From NCBI GenBank assembly GCA_016186715.1, contig JACPLA010000100.1, positions 157 through 64,156 on the forward strand: a stretch of DNA of 64,000 bases, in the 5' to 3' direction. Position 1 is the first letter of the stretch. Each line of letters opens with the position of its first letter. Position numbers and translations under genes: made by a program. Below the pieces are notes generated by a model. The model saw only the letters and a program-made list of their open reading frames with translations. It searched no databases and had not been told where the DNA came from. Of the stretch, positions 39,262 to 48,750 are shown in pieces. This stretch comes from Ignavibacteriales bacterium (GTDB taxonomy: Bacteria; Bacteroidota; Ignavibacteria; UBA10030).

Positions 39262-40055
39262 GTACGCCTCCGACATCTCAAGACACGAGGGAAAACCCGC
39301 GCGACATGTCGTTCCTTGACCACCTGGAGGAGCTTCGGTGGCATATCATCAAGGCGCTGGTCGGTCTCCTTCTTGCCACGATTGCCTGCGGCGTGTATGC
39401 CGATTTCATTGTGCAAGACATTCTGATGAAGCCGCTGCACGAGGCGGGCCTCAAGGTGCAGGTTCTCGCACCCTACGGAATTGTGCTCTTGTACATGCAA
39501 ACGGTCCTCATCTGCGGGCTTATCCTCAGCATGCCGAACACCCTGTTCTGGCTCTGGAGGTTTGTTGCGCCGGGGCTGCTGATCAAGGAGCGGCGGTACA
39601 TTGGCCGGCTGGTGTTCCTCACCTCTTTGTGTTTCTTTGCCGGCGTTGCGTTCTCGTACTTCATTCTGCTTCCCACCTCGCTGAAGTTTTTCGCGGTCTT
39701 CGGCACGCGCACAATAGACCTGAACATCGCCGCCGATCACTACGTCAGTTTTATTCTTACTCTTCTCCTCGGAGCGGGCCTTGTCTTTGAACTTCCGATG
39801 GTTTCTTATTTCCTGACGAAAATCGGCTTTCTCACTCCGGCGTTCATGCGTCACTACCGGAGACATTCGATTGTCGCCATTTTGATCATTTCGGCGATCG
39901 TCACACCCACTCCCGATCCGATGACGCAGGTGATGCTTGCGATGCCGATGCTGTTGTTGTATGAGATCAGTATCTTTGTCTCCAAGATCGCTTCGAAAAA
40001 AGAGGAGACGGCGGAAACGGAGCGGACACTCACCCCAAAGGAAGAATCCACGTGA
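39258..40055 (+). CDS. tatC: Sec-independent protein translocase TatC
   Basis: Six TM helices, with [14 protein letters not shown] at the N-terminus. The ATG overlaps the glyA stop (ATGA). Confidence 0.9.
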   Translation: MSTPPTSQDTRENPRDMSFLDHLEELRWHIIKALVGLLLATIACGVYADFIVQDILMKPLHEAGLKVQVLAPYGIVLLYMQTVLICGLILSMPNTLFWLWRFVAPGLLIKERRYIGRLVFLTSLCFFAGVAFSYFILLPTSLKFFAVFGTRTIDLNIAADHYVSFILTLLLGAGLVFELPMVSYFLTKIGFLTPAFMRHYRRHSIVAILIISAIVTPTPDPMTQVMLAMPMLLLYEISIFVSKIASKKEETAETERTLTPKEEST

Positions 40056-41047
40056 CCATCACGGGAAAATCGACGGCCTCTCTGGAAAAAATCAAACGGC
40101 CGATTGAGCAAGAGCTGAAGGAGTTCGACCGGTACTTCCGGGAAGCCATGCGCTCGAAGGTCGGCCTCATTGACCTGATTGCGCGCTATATTGTCCGGCA
40201 GAAGGGAAAGCGGGTGAGGCCGATCCTTGTGTTCCTGAGTGCCAAGGCGTGCGGGACTGTTTCCGAAAGCACATTCCGGGGCGCCACGCTGGTGGAGATC
40301 CTGCACACCGCTACGCTGGTCCACGACGACGTCGTCGATGACGCCGAGACCCGGCGCGGACTTGCTTCGATCAACGCAGTGTGGAAGAACAAGATTGCGG
40401 TCCTGATGGGCGATTATCTCCTTGCCCGCGGTCTTCTGCTCTCCGTGGAGCGGGACGATTATTATTTCCTGAGCTCGACCTCACATGCGGTCAAACGGAT
40501 GTCGGAAGGCGAATTGCTCCAGATTCAAAAAAGCCGGCGGCTGGACATGGACGAAGAAACGTACTTGCGGATCATCAGCGACAAGACCGCCTCATTGTTC
40601 TCGACCTGCACAGACATCGGGTGTGCCAGCGTAACGCAGGATGAAACGAGGAGGGCGGTCATGAAGGAGTTCGGTGAAAACGTCGGGATGGCGTTCCAGA
40701 TCCGCGACGACCTACTGGATTACCTGGGGCGCAAAAGCATCATTGGAAAACCGACCGGCATCGATGTCAAGGAGAAGAAGTTGACGCTTCCTTTGATTCA
40801 TTCCCTGAGGCAGGCCGACCGGAAAGATGCGCGGAGAGCGCTACGGATCGTCAAGAACGGAGCAAAGCAGAAAGAGATTGAATGGATTGCAAGTCTTGTG
40901 CGTGAAGCTGGAGGAATTGCGTACGCGAAGGAGAAAGCGGAGCAGTATGCACGACAAGCATGCAGCAATCTTCTCGCGATCCCCGATTCCCCCGCCAAAG
41001 TGGCTCTTCTTCAGTTTGTGGATTTCGTCACGGAGCGGGAGAGTTGA
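40052..41047 (+). CDS. Polyprenyl diphosphate synthase (IspB-like trans-prenyltransferase)
   Basis: FARM motif LVHDDVVDD and SARM motif QIRDDLLD. GTG start overlaps the tatC stop (GTGA). Confidence 0.85.
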   Translation: MTITGKSTASLEKIKRPIEQELKEFDRYFREAMRSKVGLIDLIARYIVRQKGKRVRPILVFLSAKACGTVSESTFRGATLVEILHTATLVHDDVVDDAETRRGLASINAVWKNKIAVLMGDYLLARGLLLSVERDDYYFLSSTSHAVKRMSEGELLQIQKSRRLDMDEETYLRIISDKTASLFSTCTDIGCASVTQDETRRAVMKEFGENVGMAFQIRDDLLDYLGRKSIIGKPTGIDVKEKKLTLPLIHSLRQADRKDARRALRIVKNGAKQKEIEWIASLVREAGGIAYAKEKAEQYARQACSNLLAIPDSPAKVALLQFVDFVTERES

Positions 41048-41275
41048 CGCCTGGGAGTTGCAATTTTGAACAAACCAAGATGTCGGAGTAACCCGCCCGC
41101 CGCGGAGAGTGCCACGAGGCGGGGCAGGCACTCCAACCTACACCTCTGTGGCCTACTTGATGACTCTTTGTGATCCAGTTGATCCCCAACGAAAACCTGC
41201 TGGCCTTCTATCCAAAACCCCATGTAGCGGGTGTCCTCCCGCCGGGCTCAACAAATCTTGATGCTGGTACCATTC

Positions 41276-41806
41276 CTATTTCACAAATTCACGCTCGCCG
41301 CTTCTCACCACCAGGACGGGACACGGCGCCTTGCGAACCACCTTCTCGGCCGTGCTGCCGAAAAGCGCATGTTCCAGGCCAGAGTGCCCGTGGGTGGCAA
41401 TAATAATCAAGTCGACCTGTTCTTCCTTCGCGTACTGAAGAATTTCATAGAACGCTTTTCCGGTCCGGATCGCGCGTTTCGCCGGAACTCGTTTTCCGAT
41501 TTCATGCCGGAGAAGATCGTCTAACTCCTCCCCGCCGCGCTTCCGCAGCTCGTCCTCGATCGCCGGAAATCCGACCTGACCAAAACTAAAATCGGCCGGA
41601 TAGACCGTCGGCTCTACCACATAGATCAGACTGATACGGGCGCGAAACTGACGGGCAAACGGAATTGCGTACTGGAGGGCTTTCTTGGAGTGCTCCGAAA
41701 AATCGATGGGGACCAGAATGTTCTTCAGGTCGATTCTTGTCGGCCGGCTCTTACGACTCCGCTTTCCTGGCCGGGCTGTCAGCTTCCTTGCTGTTTTCTT
41801 CGCCAT
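41276..41806 (-). CDS. Universal stress protein (UspA family)
   Basis: ILVPIDFSEHSKKAL and the C-terminal ATP-binding motif GHSGLEHALFGSTAEKVVRKAPCPVLVV. Start at the ATG at 41804-41806 with GAGAGGAGA upstream; an alternative ATG is at 41839. Confidence 0.8.
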   Translation of the reverse strand: MAKKTARKLTARPGKRSRKSRPTRIDLKNILVPIDFSEHSKKALQYAIPFARQFRARISLIYVVEPTVYPADFSFGQVGFPAIEDELRKRGGEELDDLLRHEIGKRVPAKRAIRTGKAFYEILQYAKEEQVDLIIIATHGHSGLEHALFGSTAEKVVRKAPCPVLVVRSGEREFVK

Positions 41807-42365
41807 TGGATCTCCTCTCAAGTTCTGACTGAAGGGCATCCATCTGACTCTTGAGTTTCGAAAGCTCCTTGTCCGTTTTTCTCAGGCGCTCTCCGACGAT
41901 TTCCGCAAGTTTCAGGACGATCTTGATTCCCAACGACGGCTTCCGTTCGATGAGATCGAGCAGATCCGGGCGGAAGAAGCCGATCAGCAAACATTCGGTC
42001 TTGCAGATGGCACTCGCCGAGCGCGGGGACTCATCGAGGAGCCCAAGTTCGCCGAAAAAATCTCCCTCAGAGAGCACAACAAGTTCTTTTTGCGCGTTGT
42101 CCTTATCGGCCAATGCAATGGACACCGTCCCTTCCTGGACGATGTACATCCCCAGCCCGGGATCACCCTGATAAAAAACAGGTTCTCCCGCGCGGTATTC
42201 GCGTTTGTGCACAATCGCTGCGACCTCTTTCAATTCGCGGAATGTCAGGTGCGCAAAGGCAGGTACTCTGCTGAGCAATTCCTGGGTCGACCCTTTCCGG
42301 ACACTGCGTTCGGAAAAGATGTTTTTCCAGATTACGCTTTCGCCGACGAATTTTGGAACAGCCAT
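41751..42365 (-). CDS. Cyclic nucleotide-binding domain protein (no DNA-binding domain)
   Basis: cNMP-binding signature GDFFGELGLLDESPRSASA. C-terminal coiled-coil. It overlaps the downstream usp by at least 56 nt. Confidence 0.75.
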   Translation of the reverse strand: MAVPKFVGESVIWKNIFSERSVRKGSTQELLSRVPAFAHLTFRELKEVAAIVHKREYRAGEPVFYQGDPGLGMYIVQEGTVSIALADKDNAQKELVVLSEGDFFGELGLLDESPRSASAICKTECLLIGFFRPDLLDLIERKPSLGIKIVLKLAEIVGERLRKTDKELSKLKSQMDALQSELERRSNGEENSKEADSPARKAES

Positions 42366-42389
42366 GTTCGTCTCCCGACTCGCAAGGTT

Positions 42390-43307
42390 CTAGATAAATG
42401 TGAGCCAGTTAAATTTGTCGTTGCCGGTCTGAACGATGTCGAAGAACGACTTCTGAATCTCTTTCGTAACCGGCCCGGGCTTCCCGTCTCCCACCAGGAT
42501 CTTATCCACGGACCGGATGGGCGTGATTTCGGCCGCCGTCCCCGTGAAAAACAACTCTTCAACCGTGAACAACATCTCCCTGGGAATCTGCATCTCAACG
42601 ACGGGGTAACCCAGCTCTTTTGCAAGGATCAACACTGCCGATCGCGTTACGCCCGGAAGAAGCGCAGACGAAAGCTGCGGGGTGAAGATTGTCCGGTCCC
42701 TCACGAGGAAGATATTCTCGCCGCTTCCCTCGCTCACGTTCCCGAAGTAGTCGAGGGCAATTCCTTCTGCGTACCCGCCGGCAAGCGCTTCGAGCTTGAT
42801 CAGCTGCGAATTCAGATAGTTGCCGGTTGCCTTTGCCATGGTGGCAAGGGTGTTGGGCGCCGGACGATGCCATGAAGCGACGCTGACGTCGATGCCGTTG
42901 GCAAGGGCCTCTTCCCCAAGATACGCGCCCCATTCCCAAACTGCAATAGAGACGTCAACCGGACACCCCAGCGGGTTCACGCCGACCTCCCCGTAGCCGC
43001 GGTAGACAAGGGGTCTGATATAGCAAGCCTTCAATTTGTTGGCCTGGATCGTCTCTTTGATAGCACCGACAAGCTGTTCCCTGTTATAGGGAATCTCCGT
43101 ACGGTAGATCTTGACAGAATCGTACAACCGCCTCAAATGGGCGTCGAGACGGAAGATCCCCGAACCCTTTTTTGTATTGTAGCAACGAATTCCTTCGAAC
43201 CACCCGGAACCGTAGTGAATAACGTGAGAAAGAATATGGATGCTCGCATCATCCCAGTCCACCAATTTTCCATTCATCCAAATTTTTTGAGCTTTTTTTA
43301 CCGGCAT
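42390..43307 (-). CDS. ilvE: Branched-chain amino acid aminotransferase
   Basis: Class IV aminotransferase motifs (GSGWFEG, EGSGENIFLV..., GTAAEITPI); 305 aa. Confidence 0.9.
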   Translation of the reverse strand: MPVKKAQKIWMNGKLVDWDDASIHILSHVIHYGSGWFEGIRCYNTKKGSGIFRLDAHLRRLYDSVKIYRTEIPYNREQLVGAIKETIQANKLKACYIRPLVYRGYGEVGVNPLGCPVDVSIAVWEWGAYLGEEALANGIDVSVASWHRPAPNTLATMAKATGNYLNSQLIKLEALAGGYAEGIALDYFGNVSEGSGENIFLVRDRTIFTPQLSSALLPGVTRSAVLILAKELGYPVVEMQIPREMLFTVEELFFTGTAAEITPIRSVDKILVGDGKPGPVTKEIQKSFFDIVQTGNDKFNWLTFI

Positions 43308-43330
43308 GACATTCGTTCCTTGTTCTGGTT

Positions 43331-44452
43331 TCAGGCAATCGGCATCTCGTAGATCCGATATTTCTTGTACGGCGTGCCGTTCATTGTATTGGCCGCCTTG
43401 ATCATTTTATCATTGTCCTCGAGAATCCAGCCGGCTTCGCCGTACTGGTAGCCAAGTTTCCGCGCCCTGGCCGCAGTCTCATAGAACAGGACTCCCGCTG
43501 CGCCGGAGGCCTGGTGCTCCGGAAGGACACCCAGGACAATGATCCGAACCGTGTTGATCCGCTTCTTATGCAGCGCGAGCCGGACCAACCCGGGGATCAA
43601 CCATCCCCTCGTATTCGACTTCAGGGCCGCGTTAATATCGGGAAGAGAAAGAGCAAATCCAACAGTTTTGCCGCGTGATTCGGCAAAGATCACCAAATCA
43701 GGAACGACTACCGGTTTCAAATCTGCGGCGAGCGCGTTGATTTCCGCGTCCGTCATTGGAACCTCTCCCCAATTGTGAACCCATGCTTTGTTGTAAACGT
43801 CTTTGATGCGTTGGACGTCCGAGTCAAACCGTTTCATGTCAAGCGAGCGAAACGAAAGACCCTGTCGTTCCTTCACAAGCGCATGTATGCGCTCCAGACG
43901 GTCCGAGTACACCGTCTCCTGGGAAAGCAGGAACGAATACAGATCCTTGATTTTGGTCAGTCCGTACGACTCGATCAACGTCGCATAGTACGGGGGGTTA
44001 TACGGCATCAGGATGACCGGCGAATGCTCGAACCCTTCGATGAGGAGGCCGTACTCATCATTGACCGACGGGTTCGCCGGTCCGCGCATGGCATTCATGC
44101 CGTGTGAGCGGAGGAATTCTCGCGCGGAGCTAAACAACGCCTTCGCGACGTCTCGATCGTTGATGCATTCAAAGAATCCGAAAAAGCCGACCTTGTCCCG
44201 ATGTTCCCTGTTGTGATTATGATTGACAATGGCTGCAATGCGTCCCACCATCTCCCCGTTCCGTTCGGCAATAAAGAACTCAGTCTCCGAATGGGCATAG
44301 AAAGGATTTTTCTTCCGGTCCATGAGTTTCTTCCGATCCATCCAGAGCGGAGGAACCCAAACCGGATTCCCGGCGTAAATCTTCCAAAGGAACCCGATGA
44401 ATTGTTTGGTATCTTTGGCCGTGCGGACAGGACGTACAGAAATGGAGTTCAT
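43331..44452 (-). CDS. GNAT-family N-acyltransferase (candidate bacterial ceramide synthase-type or N-acyltransferase of a sphingo-/sulfonolipid pathway)
   Basis: 373 aa, GNAT-like fold. It lies immediately downstream of an alpha-oxoamine synthase, separated from it by a terminator hairpin. Confidence 0.6.
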   Translation of the reverse strand: MNSISVRPVRTAKDTKQFIGFLWKIYAGNPVWVPPLWMDRKKLMDRKKNPFYAHSETEFFIAERNGEMVGRIAAIVNHNHNREHRDKVGFFGFFECINDRDVAKALFSSAREFLRSHGMNAMRGPANPSVNDEYGLLIEGFEHSPVILMPYNPPYYATLIESYGLTKIKDLYSFLLSQETVYSDRLERIHALVKERQGLSFRSLDMKRFDSDVQRIKDVYNKAWVHNWGEVPMTDAEINALAADLKPVVVPDLVIFAESRGKTVGFALSLPDINAALKSNTRGWLIPGLVRLALHKKRINTVRIIVLGVLPEHQASGAAGVLFYETAARARKLGYQYGEAGWILEDNDKMIKAANTMNGTPYKKYRIYEMPIA

Positions 44453-44490
44453 GAAAAATTCGGCGTTGGGAGAGATGAAAGGAGAAAATG

Positions 44491-44524
44491 AAAAAGCCGC
44501 GTCCTCGGGGGAAAGCGGCTTTTC
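44491..44524 (-). terminator. Rho-independent terminator hairpin (AAAAGCCGC...GCGGCTTTT) between spt-like gene and GNAT gene
   Basis: 9-bp perfect stem flanked by an A-run and a T-run. The symmetry makes it bidirectional. Confidence 0.6.
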
Positions 44525-44559
44525 ACAGCTGTGTCAGACCGGGCATACGCCATCGACGC

Positions 44560-45786
44560 TCAGTGTATAACTCCGAGGCTCCGGCCGACTTTCTTGAAGA
44601 TGGCGAGGGCTTTGTCGAGGTGCTCATCCTCATGCGAAGCCATATAGCTCGTCCGGAGCATTTCCATCCCCGGCGGCACTCCGGGGCGGATAAACGCATT
44701 GACAAAGACGCCTTCTTCAAAAAGACCCCGCCACATGCGAAGGACTTTTTCCGTGTCACCGATGATAACGGGAACGACCGCTGAATCGTGCTCGCCGACC
44801 CGGTATCCCATCTCGGCAAGCCCAATCCGCATTTTTCGCGCATTTTGCATGAGTTTGTCGATGCGATGCGGTTCTTTTTCGAGGATATCAAGCGCCGCCA
44901 GGGCTGCCGCCACGGAAGCGGGAGTCGGACTGGCGCTGAAGATCAACGCGGGGGCATGATGTTTCAGGTAGTTGATGACCGTTCTGTCGCCGACCACAAA
45001 GCCGCCCAACGACGCAAACGTCTTGCTGAACGTTCCCATTGTCATATCTGTTTCTTTTTCCAGGCCAAAGTGGCTGGCTGTCCCGCGGCCCCCTTTTCCG
45101 ATGACTCCGACAGCGTGGGCATCGTCAACCAGAATCCGCGCATTGTGCCGCCGTGCGATGCTCACCATCCCCGGAAGGTCAACAATCTCTCCGGAGGTGC
45201 TGAATACACCGTCGGTTACGATAAGTTTTGGCGCATCAGCCGGGAGCTTGGAAACGACGGCCTCAAGATGACTCGTGTCGTTGTGCTTGTACCGAATGAT
45301 GGTTTGTACTTTTCCATCCACAAGGGCGTTGGCCCCGGCTGCCATAAGATTCCCGGCAACAATGCAGGCATGGTTGTCCTTGTCCGAAACGACGTATTCC
45401 CCTCTCTGGACGAGGGTGGGGATGATTCCTTGTGCCGTTTGATATCCTGTGCTATAGAGGAGGCAATCTTCTTTTCCAAAGAATTTTGCCAGGCGCGTTT
45501 CCAATTCGACATGCAGGTCGAGCGTTCCGGTGAGGTAACGCGATCCCGAACAACCGGTGCCGTATTTCTCCACCGCTTTGCTGGCAGCTTCCTTAACGCG
45601 GGGATCGGCGGTCAGCCCGAGGTAGTTATTTGACCCGGCCATGATGACCTTCCGCCCCTCAATCTGAACTACCGGGCCTTCGTTCTCTTCGATCGCATGA
45701 AAGTACGGATACAAACCGAGCGCCTTGGTTTCATCCGCGCGGGTGAACGCTTTACACTTATCGAAAAGGTCCAACGTGCACTCCAA
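44560..45786 (-). CDS. Alpha-oxoamine synthase family PLP enzyme (serine palmitoyltransferase / 8-amino-7-oxononanoate synthase-like)
   Basis: PLP-lysine block [12 protein letters not shown] and AOS-family motifs ([16 protein letters not shown]); 408 aa. Confidence 0.85.
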   Translation of the reverse strand: MECTLDLFDKCKAFTRADETKALGLYPYFHAIEENEGPVVQIEGRKVIMAGSNNYLGLTADPRVKEAASKAVEKYGTGCSGSRYLTGTLDLHVELETRLAKFFGKEDCLLYSTGYQTAQGIIPTLVQRGEYVVSDKDNHACIVAGNLMAAGANALVDGKVQTIIRYKHNDTSHLEAVVSKLPADAPKLIVTDGVFSTSGEIVDLPGMVSIARRHNARILVDDAHAVGVIGKGGRGTASHFGLEKETDMTMGTFSKTFASLGGFVVGDRTVINYLKHHAPALIFSASPTPASVAAALAALDILEKEPHRIDKLMQNARKMRIGLAEMGYRVGEHDSAVVPVIIGDTEKVLRMWRGLFEEGVFVNAFIRPGVPPGMEMLRTSYMASHEDEHLDKALAIFKKVGRSLGVIH

Positions 45787-46078
45787 AGTTATTGAAACGA
45801 GGAAGGTCGAAGAAAGGCCTTCATGTTGGGTAGCGTCTCTCCCGGATTTCGAAAAAGAATCATCGCAGAGACGCAGGGAGACAGAGGGTAGCAGAGCCTC
45901 CGCGATTTTCTTTTTTCAAAAGCGAGACATCATCTCTTTTTGCTTGTCAAAGCAATTTTTAATATACTCGAATTAGTTTCTAAAGTCAATCGACCTTCCT
46001 TGAACGCGGAGAATCTGTATCGCCACTGTTGCCGTCACGGGGGGAACCGGATTCATCGGGAGTCACACCGTTGAAGCG

Positions 46079-47002
46079 TTGTTGAGCCAGGGCTTCACGG
46101 TGCGGTGTCTTGTTCGTCCCGGCAGGAAAGGCCTCGGATGGTTGACCGGCCTTCCTGTCGAGACCGTGGAGGCAGACCTGTTTCATCGACCTTCCCTTCT
46201 CAACGCGCTGAACGGAACCGAGTTCCTCGTCCACATCGCCGGGGTCACGCGAGGCAAGCGTCGCCGGGATTTCTACCGCGGCAACGTCGAAACCACTCTC
46301 AACCTTCTCAACGCCGCCGAACAATACGGCTCAATCAAACAGTTCTGTTTTCTCAGCAGCCTCACAGCAACGGGGCCAAGCCGGAACGGGACTCCTGTGG
46401 CCGAAGAAACTCCATGCCGTCCCATCACGCCGTACGGGCATTCAAAGCTGGAGGCAGAACAGGCTTGCAGGCAGTTTCAGCACAGGGTTCCCGTGGTGAT
46501 CGTTCGCCCTCCGGCAGTCTACGGCCCGCGCGACCGCGATATCCTGCATATGTTCCGATGGATCAAGTTCGGCATCATGCCCCTGATGGGCCCGCGAGAA
46601 AAAACCCTGAGCCTCATTTATGTGTCCGACCTTGCACGGGCGCTTGTCAGAGTGTTGACCTCGCCCATGGCAACCGGCAAGACATATTTTGCCGCCGATC
46701 GATCTGTTTACAAATATTCCGACCTGGTCTCGTTTGCGGCATCACTGATGGGCAAAACGACGCGTTCCGTTTTTCTCCCCAAAGCTTTGATGTACTCGGT
46801 CGCGGCAGCGACACAAACGGTTTCCTGGATCCTGCCCAAGCCGTCAGTCGTCAACATCGATAAGGTGCGTGATCTGATCACTCCGCATTGGGTCTGCAGC
46901 GCGGAAAAAATCAAACGAGAACTCGGGTTCCAGACGACGCTCTATGCGGAGGAAGGATTGAGCCTGACGCTTGAATGGTACCGCGTGCAGGGGTGGTTGT
47001 AG
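46079..47002 (+). CDS. NAD-dependent epimerase/dehydratase family SDR (true start probably upstream near 46013-46019)
   Basis: Extended SDR fold. The Rossmann motif IAVTGGTGFIGSH is encoded in-frame upstream of the first canonical start (TTG at 46079), after a stop at 46001-46003. Confidence 0.7.
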   Translation: MLSQGFTVRCLVRPGRKGLGWLTGLPVETVEADLFHRPSLLNALNGTEFLVHIAGVTRGKRRRDFYRGNVETTLNLLNAAEQYGSIKQFCFLSSLTATGPSRNGTPVAEETPCRPITPYGHSKLEAEQACRQFQHRVPVVIVRPPAVYGPRDRDILHMFRWIKFGIMPLMGPREKTLSLIYVSDLARALVRVLTSPMATGKTYFAADRSVYKYSDLVSFAASLMGKTTRSVFLPKALMYSVAAATQTVSWILPKPSVVNIDKVRDLITPHWVCSAEKIKRELGFQTTLYAEEGLSLTLEWYRVQGWL

Positions 47003-47004
47003 AA

Positions 47005-47991
47005 TCAGAATATCGGAGTCAAGACTTCAAACGACAGTGCGGCAAGAATTGCAGAGACCGGGATCGTCAGCACCCAGGCGACAATAATTCTGCCTGCCAA
47101 CCCCCATCGGACCGCAGAAATCCTCCTCGTCGATCCAACGCCCATAATTGCGCCCGCGATGGTGTGAGTCGTGCTGACCGGAATCCCGAAAAGCGCCGTT
47201 CCCAGCAAGACCAGGGCGCCGCCCGTCTCCGCACAAAATCCCCCCACAGGTTTCAGATGGGTGAGTTTCATCCCCAACGTTCTGATGACCCTCCATCCGC
47301 CCACGAACGTTCCGAGGCCAATGGCTGTGTGAGCCGAGAGGATCACCCAGACCGGCACCTCGAATTCCTCAAGATATCCCCCGGAAAACAGAAGAATGGT
47401 GATGATCCCCATGGTTTTCTGCGCATCGTTGGTCCCGTGACCGAGGCTATAAGCCGCCGAAGAGACAAGCTGGCCGATACGGAAAAGCCGGTCCACTCTT
47501 CGCACTGAGGAATTCCGAAAGATCCAGGAAACAACAATCATCAGGAAAAATCCGACCAAGAGACCAATAATCGGTGCCAGAAAGATAAACACGACAACCT
47601 TGGCTATTCCTCCTGCGTTTAAGGACACCAGTCCGCCTTTAATGATTCCCGCCCCAACGAGTCCCCCGATCAGGGAGTGAGACACACTGATCGGGAAGCC
47701 GTAGCGGGTGCACAGGTGGGTCCAGACAATCGCTCCTGCCAGGGCTGCGAGAATGACCTGTTCGTTCACGATCGCCGGATCGATAATTCCCCTCCCAATG
47801 GTTTTCGCAACCGCGACCCCGAAGCCGAACGCAGCAACAAAGTTGAAAAAAGCCGCCCAGAGCACGGCCATTTTGGGTGAAAGAACGCGAGTCGAAACCA
47901 CCGTGGCAATGGAGTTGGCGGCATCATTCATGCCGTTGAGGAAGTCGAAGAGGAGGGCGATGAAAACAATGAAAACAGTGAGTGCGAGCAC
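47005..47991 (-). CDS. Inorganic phosphate transporter, PiT family
   Basis: PiT motifs (NGMNDAANSIATVV, GHGTNDAQKTMGII); about 10 TM helices. GTG start. Confidence 0.85.
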   Translation of the reverse strand: MLALTVFIVFIALLFDFLNGMNDAANSIATVVSTRVLSPKMAVLWAAFFNFVAAFGFGVAVAKTIGRGIIDPAIVNEQVILAALAGAIVWTHLCTRYGFPISVSHSLIGGLVGAGIIKGGLVSLNAGGIAKVVVFIFLAPIIGLLVGFFLMIVVSWIFRNSSVRRVDRLFRIGQLVSSAAYSLGHGTNDAQKTMGIITILLFSGGYLEEFEVPVWVILSAHTAIGLGTFVGGWRVIRTLGMKLTHLKPVGGFCAETGGALVLLGTALFGIPVSTTHTIAGAIMGVGSTRRISAVRWGLAGRIIVAWVLTIPVSAILAALSFEVLTPIF

Positions 47992-48024
47992 GGGTGTTAT
48001 TCCTTGAATTCTGAGGGGTCCGGG

Positions 48025-48672
48025 TCAGGCGTGCTTGATGAGGATTCCTTCGAGGATATTGGCCGCATCTTCGCATTTATCCGTCGCTGTTTCCAATCCA
48101 ACGTACATCTCTTTCAGCTTGATGAGTTGAATCGGATTCTTTTCCTTTTTGAAGAGGTCGGCGACGGCGCGGTCAAAAATAACGTCGGCATCGTTTTCGT
48201 ACTGGTTGACCCTTTCAAGTACTTCCTGCAAACGACTGGTCTCATGAAGGTTTTTCAAAAGACTCACGCCGCGTTGGAGCTCGGCGATGGACAGGGCCAG
48301 AACGTCGCACAGCTGCACAAGCTCCCGCGGAAATTTGCGGATGTTATAAAGGATAACGCGTTGAGCGCTTCCGTCGATGTGGTCCATGATATCATCCAAC
48401 GCCGAGGTGAGCAAATGAATGTCTTCGCGGTCGAGGGGGGTCACAAATGTTGCATTCAATTCGGAAAAGATCGTGTGCGTGATACTGTCTCCGCGGTGTT
48501 CCAGATCCTTGATCTCATCCACGAGGTTTGTTTGTTGACGAAGCGAACTGGCCAGGGAAAGTTTTTTCAGCAAATCTCCCGCCATAATGAGGTTGTTGGT
48601 TGATTCCCCCAGAAGGGAAAAGAACTTGTCATCATGGGGAAGCAACTGCCGAATCAGTTTGTCAAGTATCAT
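48025..48672 (-). CDS. DUF47-family protein (PhoU-like regulator partner of PiT transporters)
   Basis: 215 aa, helical. It has the conserved PiT-adjacent architecture. The ATG at 48670-48672 was confirmed in the sequence. Confidence 0.8.
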   Translation of the reverse strand: MILDKLIRQLLPHDDKFFSLLGESTNNLIMAGDLLKKLSLASSLRQQTNLVDEIKDLEHRGDSITHTIFSELNATFVTPLDREDIHLLTSALDDIMDHIDGSAQRVILYNIRKFPRELVQLCDVLALSIAELQRGVSLLKNLHETSRLQEVLERVNQYENDADVIFDRAVADLFKKEKNPIQLIKLKEMYVGLETATDKCEDAANILEGILIKHA

Positions 48673-48750
48673 GAGTAGTCCAGGGATGATGAAGAATGAT
48701 AAGGAATTGTGATGTTAGACACCAAGGCCGAAGGACTGAGCGGTATTGGC

